Assembly: GCF_964188315.1 (NCBI RefSeq)
Contig: NC_135656.1
Span: 15,004,001-15,068,000, forward strand
DNA: 64,000 nucleotides
Source: Podarcis muralis
Taxonomy: Eukaryota
Direction of reading: 5' to 3'
In this document: positions 23,766 through 35,567 of the stretch, piece after piece
Position numbering within the stretch: the stretch's first letter is position 1
Layout of the letters: each line of letters begins with the position of its first letter
Translations under genes and position numbers: made by a program
Notes under the pieces: model-generated
What the model saw: the letters and a program-made list of their open reading frames with translations, nothing else
What the model was told of the DNA's origin: nothing
Databases searched by the model: none

Positions 23766-25904
23766 CACAACTACCAATCAAAACAATAAAGGTATTTGCT
23801 TATACCAACCTCTGTAGTTCCTAGACAGAAAAGTACAGTCACACCTCGGGTTACAGACGCTTCAGGTTGCGTTTTTTTCGGGTTGCGGACCTGCCGTAAC
23901 CCGGAAGTACCAGAACGGGTTGCGAACGTGCATCCCGCATGGATCACATTTGCAACCCGAGCATCCACTGTATGCAAAAACAAGCCTCTCAAATCCTGTC
24001 ACCTTGTTGGTGAGTGCTGAAATTTGGAGGATTGTTCCAAAGTTGTTCCAAAGGGTGTGGCTCCCAGTGGAAATAGGCCCAGTTTCTCTATCTAGTCCCT
24101 ACTAAGGAGTTTTGGTTTTGCTGCTACTGCAAATGTTGGCAGCATTGTCAACTGACTGCGTCCTCTGAACAAAGCCTCAGACCTCGTACCATGCAGTGCT
24201 GGATTTAAGTAATGGGCCCCGCCTGCTAACCTGCTCCCTAAAATATCACTGTTTTGCTCTTTTCTATATATAGGGTAAAAGGGAGGCGGGTGGCGCTGTG
24301 GGTTAAACCACAGAGCCTAGGACTTGCCGATCAGAAGGCTGGCGGTTCGAATCCCCGCGACGGGGTGAGCTCCTGTTGCTCAGTCCCTGCTCCTGCCAAC
24401 CTAGCAGTTCGAAAGCACATCAAAGTGCAAGTAGATAAATAGGTACCGCTCCGGCGGGAATGTCCTGTTGTGACCGACTCTGGGGTTGCGGCGCTCATCT
24501 CGCTTTATTGGCTGAGGGAGCCGGTGTACAGCTTCCAGGTCATGTGGCCAGCATGACTAAGCTGCTTCTGGCAAACCAGAGCAGCGCAGGGAAACGCCAT
24601 TTACCTTCCCGCCGGAGCGGTACCTATTTATCTACTTGCACACTGACGTGCTTTCGAACTGCTAGGTTGGCAGGAGCAGGGACCGAGCAATGCGGGGATT
24701 TGAACTGCCGAACTTCTGATCGGCAAGTCCTAGGCTCTGTGGTTTAACCCACAGCGCCACCCATAGCTTAGGGCCTCATCAAACCTAAATCCGACCCTGG
24801 TACCATGGTGTGTGTGTGGGTTGGGGAACAACACCTGCACTTAAAAATAAAACAAGGGACTATTTCGAGAAATTCCTCTACAAAGTGGCCTTTCTCTCTG
24901 GGGCCGAGGGAAAGCGAGGCAGAGAAAAATGGCTGGACTTCTTCAGAAAAACGGATTCTGCAAAATGTCTCCGCTCCAGGTCCTTCCAGAGCTGCTCTCT
25001 TCTCATCTGTACTTCGGTTATTTCATGTGACACCTGAATTGGATCCTTTGTTCTCCTTGGGAACCTCACGGCGTGCGCACTGAGCTCACACAGAAAAGAT
25101 CGGAGAGGATCAGGGCATTTACCACACGTCCTATTCGTTGAGCAGGGGGAACATGGGCTTGCTGACAGCCTGTGTCTTCCCTATGCATCTCCTGACCAAA
25201 CAACTGTCTGTGTGATGGCCGAATCGTGCTCCACCAACCTCGGTGTGACAGTGCTGGCAACCAGTTGGTGTCCAGGCCCCATTTAAAGTGCTGGCCTTAT
25301 GGGGCTCAGGAACCCACTACCTCAAGGACAGCCTCTCCCCACACAAACCAGTCCAGACCATCGGACCCCTTTCTCCGTGCGCCCCTCTGAGGGAAGCGCC
25401 GAGAGTGGTGACTTGAGAACAGGCCTTCTCAGTGGTGGCTCCCATTTATGGAAGGCTCTCTTCAGGGAGGCACTTGTGACACCATCGCGCTCTGTTTTTA
25501 GCCAGCAGGCAAACTAATTCTTTTTCTCCCAGGCTTTTGGATCTTCCTGTTTAATTTTAGTGAAGAGGGGTTGAGTTGGATTTGGGTGTGGGTGTGTGTG
25601 ATATCTCTTGATTGTTTTATTCTTGTTCCTTTTTTACCCTTGCTTCTTTTTTCTGAGGAAAAAATGCCTAATAAATATTATTTTCCTTAATCTACCTGTG
25701 CTAATTATTACATACCGGCAGTAGATTATTATTATTTCTTACATTTACATACCAACCTGTATTTTAGGTTGTTTAATTCTTGTTTTTACCCTTGTTTACT
25801 CCCCCCCCCCCCGTGAAACAGTGCCTAATAAATATTATTATTACTCTACCTGTGCTAATTTATTACATGCAGGCAGTAGATTATTATTATTTCTTAATAA
25901 TGTA

Positions 25905-26058
25905 CATACACCTTATCCTCACAACAGCCCTGTGAGGTAGGTTAGGCTGCGAGGGAACGACTGGCCCAAGTTCACCCAGTGAACGTTATGGCTGAGTGGG
26001 GCCTCAAACAGTGGCCTCCCAGGTCCTAGTCCAGTGCTCTAACCATTACACACCACAG
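25905..26058 (-). mobile_element. CORE/MIR-like SINE (Squam3-type; fragments also ~33050-33170, 42230-42390)
   Basis: Minus strand GTGGTGTGTAATGGTTAGAGCACTGGACTAGG head and CTACCTCACAGGGCTGTTGTGAGGATAA core. Confidence 0.75.
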
Positions 26059-26199
26059 TTTATGTGAAAGAACACAAAAAAATGACACCCCACTTGTTGT
26101 CCGGAGAGGTAAAGTCCAGCACTCTGCTGCCTCACTCATTGTAAGGCGGTGATCAGTTATTATGTGTCCTTGCTGTCATTTCCCAATACCTTTTCCCAT

Positions 26200-26325
26200 T
26201 GCTGGGTTGGTTAGAGTATAATGCTGATAAACGCCAAGGTTGCAGGTTCAATTCCCGTATGGGGCAGCTGTTCCTGCTTTGCAGAGGGTTGGACTAGATG
26301 ACCCTCAGGGTACCTTCCAACTCTG
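26200..26325 (+). mobile_element. tRNA-Ile-derived SINE with CR1-like tail
   Basis: Degenerate GTTGGTTAGAG...ACGCCAAGGTTGCAGGTTCAATTCCCGTATGGG head joined to GGTTGGACTAGATGACCC. Confidence 0.7.
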
Positions 26326-27129
26326 TGCCATCCAGATACACAGTTCTTTCAACACTCCTCCTTTCAGTGCTCTAAAGGACAGGTTTCCAAATGCCTTGAA
26401 ATCAGCCGGCGGACATGAATCGAGGGAACCAGGAGAATGGACCAGTTGTGAGCTTTTGATAATTAAAAAACCTTTTGCTAGCTTGGGGGAGAGATCTGCT
26501 TCTGGCCCCTGACGCAACGGCCAATGAATGCCAGATGTGCAAAGGCCACAATTTTGCCTCAACAGAGGCCTCTTGTCTCTCCGCCACACCATCCAAGCTA
26601 CAAACTCGCTGGCGGAAGAATGTGCGATCGAACCCCCTGCGATGTGCAAAATTCTGGGCCGCGGCATTTCGTCTGCAAGTATCGCATCCAATGAACTATT
26701 TCTCCCGGGGAAAAGGAAGGCCCAGAGGGATCGCCTTAATTGCAACTCAATTAAATAGCATTTTTCGAACTTCAGCCCAGCTTGAAGAGAGAAGTGTTTC
26801 AAAAGGGCTTCTCTGCCCTTTGGAATCTATGAATGAAATTCAAGGAGGGGAACCTTCGTGGGCCTCTTTGCTCAGTCACAAACCCTGGATTATTTGTTTT
26901 CATTCCACAGCAAGGCAGTAACTTTCTTTTTCTTTCTTTTTTTAAGTGTGTGTGGGGTGGTGGGGGAGATTCTTTGCAGGGAACAATGAAAGCACTGTGC
27001 TTTTCTAAGAGGCGCTCTGGCAGATTTACAGGAAAGCGCTCTCCTACAGCTAGTAGAAGTTCTCGATAGATCAGACACACACAGATATATATATACACAA
27101 ATCCAAGGCTGCAATTAGAAAGATGTGAG

Positions 27130-28148
27130 AAACATGAACTTCTTAAAAGATGACAACAGCAAACATCTTCCAAGACAATAATGCCCATCTACACCACAAA
27201 GAAAGGGACACGGGTGGAGCTGTGGGTTAAACCACAGAGCCTAGGACTTGCCGGTCAGAAGGTCGGTGGTTCGAATTCCCATGAAGGGGTGAGCTCCCGT
27301 TGCTCAGTCCCTGCTCCTGCCAACCTAGCAGTTCGAAAGCACACCAGTGCAAGTAGATAAATAGGTACCACTCCGGTGGGAAGGTAAATGGCATTTCTGT
27401 GTACTGCTCTGGTTCGCCAGAAGCGGCATAGTCATGCTGGGACCCGGAAGCTGTACGCCGGCTCCCTCGGCCAGTAAAGCGAGATGAGCGCCGCAACCCC
27501 AGAGTCGGTCACGACTGGACCTAATGGTCAGGGGTCCCCTTTACCTTTACACCACAAAGAACTCATAACCCACCTACTTTCAGCAGCCAGAAACATCATA
27601 ACCAGACACTGGAGAGACCTGTCAGGAGTAAGCATGGACCAATGGCACCAAATAGTATGGGAAACAGCCTTACTAGAAAAACTAAGTAATAAACTGAAAC
27701 TGACGGGGACAAATAGAAGAAGACGCCTTCACCCCTTTATCACACACACAGCCCAACAAGACAATGACAAAAATCCACCAACAGCATACAAATCAGTATG
27801 GCTAACCTGATCCAAAACACCCACCCACCCCACTCACATCACACATGAAAACAAAGACCACCACAGCCAACCACAAATGAACAGCCACACTCTAGGCCAA
27901 CCCCAACCTCTCTCACACCAAAGGAACACAAGTAACAGCAAGGCTGACACAAAACCCCACATATATTAAGTAAAATAGAAACATCGTTACCCGCCCCCCC
28001 ACCTCTTCCCCCCTTTTCTTCCTAATGTCTCAACAAATAATACTGATTTGTAAAAATGTTACATGGGGGGGGGGGACTAGAGAGAGATATTGCACATACT
28101 TTTGTAAATCAGGAAAATCTTTAATAAAAATACATTTAAAACAAAAAA
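27130..28148 (+). mobile_element. L1/Tx1-like LINE 3' end interrupted by a Sauria SINE (related pieces ~5640-6810, 29150-29580, 51760-52360)
   Basis: ELITHLLSAARNIITRHW...WHQIVWETALLEK resembles the L1-clade ORF2 C-terminus; AATAAA and A-rich tail near 28125-28148. Confidence 0.65.
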
Positions 28149-28609
28149 GATCACAACAGCGAAATAGTGGCTGAAAGTGGTCATAGGAGAATACTGTGCC
28201 TGCCCATGCAGAAATACAAGAATTTGGGAGGCCAAATACTACACCTCCCCTTGCACCTTCTATTTTCAACTCTTGAATTTGGATTCTCTTCTCCCTTCGT
28301 GCTGAGACCGTCACCCTATAGACACAGACCTCCAAGTCTCCCTGTTTTCCAGCGACTGTCCTGGATTTACCGCTTTTCCTTAGGAATGTCCCGCTTTTCC
28401 TTAGGACGTCCCTCTTTTCACTGGAGAAATGTTGGCAGGTATGTGACTCCCGAGCCAACAAAATAAGGAACTATACAACCTTCAGAAGACCCCTGGAGGC
28501 AGCCCTGCATAGGGAAGTTTTCCTAAAATGTTTTATTATGTTTTTATATATGTTGGGAGCTGCCCAGAGTGGCTGGGGCATACCCAGTCAGATGGGTGGG
28601 GTATTAATA

Positions 28610-28644
<35 letters not shown>

Positions 28645-29708
28645 AGCAGAACCACTACTTGCCACCGCCTTTATTTGGGCCTGATCCAAGTTGCGACCAC
28701 GGCAAACTAGGAAGTAAATACCGAGCTTGTCATGATTCGCGCATGCGCAGAAGCGGCTGCCGCCGTCTGCACATGTGCAGAAGTGCGCTGCCGCCAAATG
28801 CACCGGCACACAACAGCACTTCTACCAGCGACTTATGGACGGACCTCCGGAACTGATTACAGTGGTATCTCAGGTTACATACGCTTCAGGTTACATACGC
28901 TTCAGGTTACAGACTCCGCCAACCCAGAAATAGTGCTTCAGGTTAAGAACTTTGCTTCAGGATGAGAACAGAAATCGGGCTCTGGCGGCGCGGCGGCAGC
29001 AGGAGGCCCCATTAGCTAAAGGTGCTTCAGGTTAAGAACAGTTTCAGGTTAAGAACGGATCTCCGGAACGAATTAAGTACTTAACCTGAGGTACCACTGT
29101 ACGTCCGTAAGTAGAAGTTCCACTGTAATATAAAAATAAAAATGGAATACAAGAATCCACCAACAGCATATGAATTAATATGGCTAACTTGATTCAAACA
29201 CACACACACACACACACCTCTCACTCACACACAAAAACAAAGTTCAACACAGCCAATCACAAACATGCAACCGCACCCTAGGCCAGCCACAATTTCTCTC
29301 ACCGCCAAAGGAACACAAGCAAATAGCAAAGAGAACGTGACACAAAAACCCACACATACATTAAGCAAAATAGAAATATCGCCTCCTGGCCCCACCCCCC
29401 TCGCCTTCCCCCCCTCCACCTCTTCCCCCCTTTCTTCTTCCCAATGTAACCCTAACGTCTCAACAAATGAAACAGACCTATGCAAAAAGGTCACTTGAAA
29501 AAAGAGACATTGCGCATACCTTTGTAAACCAAGAAAACCTTAATAAAATATTTTTTAAAAATAATAACAAATAAAAAATAAAAATGGAATGGGGTGTCCC
29601 TATTTTCATCAGAGAAATGTTGGAGGGTATGTGATTCTGCCCCTGGTATGGTGACCAGGTATGTACACAGCATTTTACCTGCGGCTTACCTCGATGGGCA
29701 GTGTATAA

Positions 29709-29761
<53 letters not shown>

Positions 29762-30236
29762 TAGTAGCTGATGTGCATCTTGGTGCGTGAGCATCTCCTC
29801 TTGGGTTTTCATTTCTTTCTGCGGCAGAGTTTTTTTACACAAACGTTTTCCTCCATCTTTTACTTCTTTCAGCAGCAGCATTCCAGCTATCTCTTAGTGA
29901 AATTCCCATTACAGGAATAAACACCATTTGGTTCTATTTCTCAGAGCCTTTATTATTTACAAAACTTTACACTGGTCTTTAGTAAATAAATAAAAAACAA
30001 ATAAAGCAACATAAATCTTTTTCTCTTTCAGCCATCCGGCCAGAGACCTAATGCTGACTCATTCACGTGCTTAGTGTCATCAGCAATCCTGGTCACCTTA
30101 CCTGAATCCATGGCATCATGACCAACAGCCAACCCACCTCGAGAGTCTTGAACTGGAGAGAAGATCATTTATAAATAACCAATAAATAATAAAATTATCA
30201 ACTTTTCTCTAGGTAGGAGAAATCTTCGGCAGAGTA

Positions 30237-30250
30237 CTGCCACCTGCTGG
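30237..30250 (-). promoter_or_regulatory. CTCF-binding motif
   Basis: Minus strand CCAGCAGGTGGCAG, full match to the core consensus. Confidence 0.65.
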
Positions 30251-31199
30251 TGGATAAAAATGACAAGGTTGAAAACAGTCAATCTCACCCAGGCTTCCTC
30301 ATCCTCAGCCCTCCAGATGTTTTGAGACTACAGTTCCCATCATCCCTGACCACTGGTCCTGCTAGCTAGGGATCATGGGAGTTGTAGTCCCAAAACATCT
30401 GGCGGGCTGGCACTGCCTTATATCAAGTGGTTCAATTACCTCAGTGTTGTCAGCACTGACTGGCAACAACTACCCCAGTTTCCTTCAGGGCCGAGGAATC
30501 TCCAACAACTGCTGAACTACAATTCCCATCAGCACCAGTTAGCGTGGCCAATGGTGTTGGGAGTTGTAGCTGAGCTCAGCCACAAGCTCCTCTCCCCGTA
30601 GGCAGAATGGAAGTGGACTTCCGCCTCCGTTTATGACATCAGATACTCAAGGAGATTTAAAATTCCACAGCAATTGCTCTGCGATATTCCAAGAGAGACG
30701 TCCCCTGTTCTGGGAGTTAAGCCAGGTAACCCTCTCTCTTTGTCCCCAACTTAAAATCGCTTCACAGCCAGCCTTCCCTCAGATCCGAACCTTATATGTA
30801 GAGAAAGAAGACAAGATCTCATGATGTTTTATTTATTCATTTCACTGCATTTCTAGCTCTCCTTTTCCTCCAAGGATCTCAAAGTAGCATAAATGGGTTC
30901 CAGACCCTCACAGTGTCCCTATTTTCCTGGGACAATCCCAGGTTTACAGAAGCTGTCCTGGTTTCTGATTTGATCCTGGAATGTCCCACTTTTCCTTAGG
31001 ACATCATCCCTCTTTCCATCAGAGAAATGTTGGAGGGTGTGGAGTTCAGTAACTAGACAACCTTGAGAGGACATCTGAAGACAGTCCTGTGTGGGGAAGT
31101 TTTTTTTAATGCTTAATGTTTTATTATGTTTTTATATATGTTGGAAGCTGCCCAGAGTGGAGGGCAGCCCAATCAGATGGGTGGGGTATAAATAAGTAA

Positions 31200-31256
<57 letters not shown>

Positions 31257-31594
31257 TTGAAGCTACCAGCATGAGTTTGACCAAACTGCGGGAGGCAGTG
31301 GAAGACAGGAGTGCTCTGGTCCATGGGGTCACGAAGAGTTGGACACGACTAAATGACTAAACAACAACAACAACATTATTACAGTGGTACCTCGGGTTAG
31401 AGACGCTTCAGGTTATAGATTCTGCTAACCCAGAAATAGTACCTCGGGTTAAGAACTTTGGTTCAAGATGAGAACAGAAATCGCACAGCAGCAGCGCGGT
31501 ACCCATTAGCTAAAGTGGTACCTCAGGTTAAGAACAGTTTCAGGTTAAGAATGGACCCCTGGAACAAATTAAGTTCTTAACCGGAGGTACCACT

Positions 31595-31639
<45 letters not shown>

Positions 31640-33629
31640 CATCTCAACTACTACGTCATATCCCAGAAAGATTTCAGGCAATCACGATGGCCAGTAATTA
31701 TTGTAGTCCTGTTTATTCCATGGACACCCCAGTTCCTGCCATTCTGCAAAATTCACACACTCCACAAACACAGTTGTAAAGGCACTCGGCTGCCAATTTC
31801 CCCTTCCTAAATAGGACACCTTTGCAGTAGAGAAACAGTGGGTGTTTTGTGTGTGCTGCTACAGCACTGCAGAAACACAGAGAAACTAGAAGATGAGGCA
31901 CTGAATACAGAATTCTGCTTCCAGAGAATGGTAGCCGATCCTCATTTGAAGAACGAAAACATCTGCATGTCTGCGGTTTAGAAAAGGATCAGAGGTGGTG
32001 GTGGTGGTGATGATGATGATAACAACAACAACAACAGAATAGGATGTCCTTGGGACGCGGGTGGCGCGGTGGGTTAAACCACAGAGCCTAGGGCTTGCCG
32101 ATCAGAAGGTTGGCGGTTCAAATCCCCACGACGGGGTGAGCTCCCGTTGCTCGGTCCCTGCTCCTGCCAACCTAGCAGTTCGAAAGCACGAAGTGCAAGT
32201 AGATACAGTGGTACCTCGGGTTACAGACACTTCAGATTACAGACTCCACTAACCCAGAAATAGTACCTCGGGTTAAGAACTTTGCTTCAAGATGAGAACA
32301 GAAATTGCACAGCAGCGGGAGGCCCCATTAGCTAAAGTGGTAAAGGTAAAGGTAAAGGTACCCCTGCCCATACGGGCCAGTCTTGCCAGACTCTAGGGTT
32401 GTGCGCTCATCTCACTCAAGAGGCCGGGAGCCAGTGCTGTCCGCAGACACTTCCGGGTCACGTGGCCAGCGTGACATCGCTGCTCTGGCAAGCCAGGGCA
32501 GCACACGGAACACCGTTTACCTTCCCGCTAGAAAGCGGTCCCTATTTATCTACTTGCTCCCGAAGGTGCTTTCGAACTGCTAGGTTGGCAGGCGCTGGGA
32601 CCGAACGACAGGAGCGCACCCCGCCGCAGGGATTCGAACCGCCGACCTTTCGATCGGCAAGTCCTAGGTGCTGAGGCTTTAACCCACAGCGCCACCTGCG
32701 TCCCATAGCTAAAGTGGTACCTCAGGTTAAGAACAGTTTCAGGTTAAGAACGGACCTCCAGAATGAATTAAGTTCTTAACCCAAGGTACCACTGTAAATA
32801 GGTACAGCTCCTGCGGGAAGGTAAACGGCGTTTCTGTGCGCTGCTCTGGTTCGCCAGAAGCAGCTTAGTCATGCTGGCCACATGACCCGGAAGCTGTACG
32901 CCGGCTCCCTCGGCCAATAAAGCGAGATGAGCGCCGCAACCCCAGAGTCGGTCACAACTGGACCTAATGGCCAGAGGTCCCTTTACCTTTACATAGGATG
33001 TCCTTATTTTCATCAGAGAAATGTTGGGGGGGTATGTGTTTCTGCCCCTCTGATTTAATTCTCACAGTAACCCTTTGATGTAGGTCAGTCTGAGAAGCAG
33101 TGACTGGCCCAAGATAAGCCAGTGGGCTTCAGGGTTGAGTGGGGATTTGAACACTAGTCCAACCCTCTAAGCAGTATTCTTTGCTCCCTACTCCAAACAG
33201 ATACACATCTCTTTCCTCTCCTGGCTACTCTCAACATAGCTTTCAGATTTGAAAATAAGGGATCCGCAGCCTCAAAAATAAGGGATCAGCAGCCTCACCT
33301 GTCCCAAGCCCTCCTGTCTTCCACTGCCTCCCACAGTTTGGTCAAACTCATGCTGGTAGCTTCGAGAACACTGTCCAACCATCTCGTCCTCATGGTTTGA
33401 TGTTACTAGTGAGCAAAGTTACCCAGTCAGGATTTGAATCTTGGTCCTAACTTTTGGGGTTAAGTTTCTATTTAGCTGTCCATTAATACTGACAAACCTT
33501 ATCTCCCATTCATCTCTCAGATCCCCTTGTAAATCTAAAATAATGACCTCACCACATCCTGCTGTAAAATATTTGCCCAAGTTAATTACACATTGTGTGA
33601 AGGTAGGTGTGTGAAGCTACAACATTCCT

Positions 33630-33773
33630 NNNNNNNNNNNNNNNNNNNNNNNNNNNNNNNNNNNNNNNNNNNNNNNNNNNNNNNNNNNNNNNNNNNNNNN
33701 NNNNNNNNNNNNNNNNNNNNNNNNNNNNNNNNNNNNNNNNNNNNNNNNNNNNNNNNNNNNNNNNNNNNNNNNN
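33630..33773. other. Assembly gap (N run); second gap 52965-53107
   Basis: N runs. Confidence 1.
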
Positions 33774-34193
33774 GAAGGCAGAAAGCCCAGCCAGCAGCCA
33801 AACGAAGCCTCAAGCGGTGGTTCCCACAGTGCAGCAACCCGGCAAAGGGGATGCAGCAAGGAAAACCACTGTCACCTCTCCGCTGGGAAGCGCTGAGCAA
33901 ATGCGAGTCCCCAGGCAATGCGGCCGATTTGATCAGCACAAGGCATGCAAGCTCCACCCCCCAGTCGTTCTTAGACTCCTTATTGGGCAGCCGAGCAACG
34001 CAGTTGAGGAGCCTCCCTGGCCGGCGGGGAGCCGGGAGGGGGAGGAGCTGCTTCCTTTGAAATCCGGGAAATTTACGAGGTAGCAACAATCTGGGATAGC
34101 AGCGGGAAACGGCGCTGGAATAAGCGAGTTTCCCGCCAAATATGGGTAGGTTGACAGCTATGCTCTCTTCTCTCAGGCTCCAGGACTTCCTCA

Positions 34194-35096
34194 ATGCTGA
34201 TTCTCATCGGAACAGCCCTTTTCCTCCTGGTGCGTCCTGCCTTGCCCGACGACACGGTGGCCGACGACATTGGCAGCCACATGATGGGCCGCATCTCGGA
34301 GCTCCTGTCCCCCGAGGAATGCCAGGCCTTCTACGCCAAGCTCATTGGGCCCGAGGAGAACGTGAATGAAGAGCTCCAACGCCTCTCGGCAGAGAGGAAC
34401 CCCATCCGCAGGCGGCGGGAAATCGCCACCACCGAGGCCTGCAAAGCCACCCTCAACGGCTGGCTGGAGACGGAAGGAGACGCCATGTATTGGGACCGCC
34501 TGTCGAGGGCTCTCCAAGCCGTCGGGCGTCCCGACGTCTCCCTGGAACTGGGCAAGAACCTCAACCAAGACAAGAGTCTGGAGATCAAGAAGAACGTGGA
34601 GGGATATCACAAGACGGTCCAACGCTTGACCTCTTCGCTGCTCCTGGAAGAGAACGAGATGGGTGGGAGCGAGGGGCCAGGAGGCCGGCTGCGGAGAGAG
34701 GGATCTCAGGCCCAGCTGGAAGAGGGGGATTGGGACAAATTGGAGCTGATTATAGAGAGGAGGCCCCTGCCACCATACAACAGGAGTATCTTTCAGTGGG
34801 TCACTCCACTGGTGACGGGGGTCGTCGGGGGATTCCTCACATCCTTCGTCGTGGTGGCTCTAGCCGTCTATTCTTTCTTCTGGATCCTGAAGCAAGACAG
34901 TCCCACCCCCATGATGCCCAACTGGGACTCTGTGCCCGATATGATTTTCCGCTCCCCTTCGCCCAAGCGTGGGGCCATCTACTACTCATTTCAGCAATTT
35001 GATGATCTGGGGAAGCGCGGTGGTGAAACGGAAGATTACGGCGATGACGACGATAATGAGGAAGACTGGGAGAAAGAACCCATTGTTAGGTCTTAA
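34194..35096 (+). CDS. TMDD1: Transmembrane and death domain protein 1 (C12orf81 orthologue)
   Basis: Hydrophobic signal peptide; RISELLSPEEC, YWDRLSRALQAVGRPDVSLELGKNLNQ, DWDKLELIIERRPLPPYNRS and a single TM helix match my recall of human TMDD1; downstream of FIGNL2 on the same strand as in human; acceptor AG 34175-34176. Confidence 0.88.
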   Translation: MLILIGTALFLLVRPALPDDTVADDIGSHMMGRISELLSPEECQAFYAKLIGPEENVNEELQRLSAERNPIRRRREIATTEACKATLNGWLETEGDAMYWDRLSRALQAVGRPDVSLELGKNLNQDKSLEIKKNVEGYHKTVQRLTSSLLLEENEMGGSEGPGGRLRREGSQAQLEEGDWDKLELIIERRPLPPYNRSIFQWVTPLVTGVVGGFLTSFVVVALAVYSFFWILKQDSPTPMMPNWDSVPDMIFRSPSPKRGAIYYSFQQFDDLGKRGGETEDYGDDDDNEEDWEKEPIVRS

Positions 35097-35144
35097 GTAA
35101 AGCCAGCCTTACTGCAACTTGTATTATGGAGAATGTAGATTAAC

Positions 35145-35150
35145 AATAAA
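35145..35150 (+). terminator. Poly(A) signal of TMDD1
   Basis: AATAAA 48 nt after the stop codon, followed by a TGTTTG GU-rich element. Confidence 0.65.
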
Positions 35151-35213
35151 ACATGTTTGCTTAAGAGGTCCAAAATGTGAGCTTGTTTTACAGTAGCATA
35201 ACAATTGCCATGC

Positions 35214-35567
35214 GGGACACGGGTGGCGCTGTGGGTTAAACCACAGAGCCTAGGACTTGCCGATCAGAAGGTTGGCGGTTCGAATCCCCGCAACGGGGTG
35301 AGCTCCCATTGCTCAGTCCCTGCTCCTGCCAACCTAGCAGTTTGAAAACATGTCAAAGTGCAAGTAGATAAATAGGTACCACTCCAGCGGGAAGGTAAAT
35401 GGCGTTTCCGTGTGCTGCTCTGGTTCGCCAGAAGTGGCTTAGTCATGCTGGCCTCATGACCCGGAAGCTGTACGCCGGCTCCCTCAGCCAATAAAGCGAG
35501 ATGAGCGCCGCAACCCCACAGTCAGCCACGACTGGACCTAATGGTCAGGGGTCCCTTTACCTTTACC
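35214..35567 (+). mobile_element. Sauria SINE (copies also at 21558-21968, 22157-22530, 24281-24762, 27205-27549, 32052-32992, 41295-41646, 44499-45553, 49370-49715, 56979-57245, 58515-58745, 63775-64000)
   Basis: tRNA-like head GGGACGCGGGTGGCGCTGTGG, (ACCTTT)n tail, 12-14-bp TSDs (here TAACAATTGCCATG). Confidence 0.9.

Noticed and set aside
30600-30730. Inverted ETS pair GGAAGTGGACTTCC and TGACATCA as a possible TMDD1 promoter
   Set aside because: Short motifs next to a MITE-like fragment, no CpG island and no reliable donor; cannot be supported from sequence alone.
33586-34194. ORFs spanning N runs (also 52788-53323)
   Set aside because: Artefacts of gap translation through MITE sequence.
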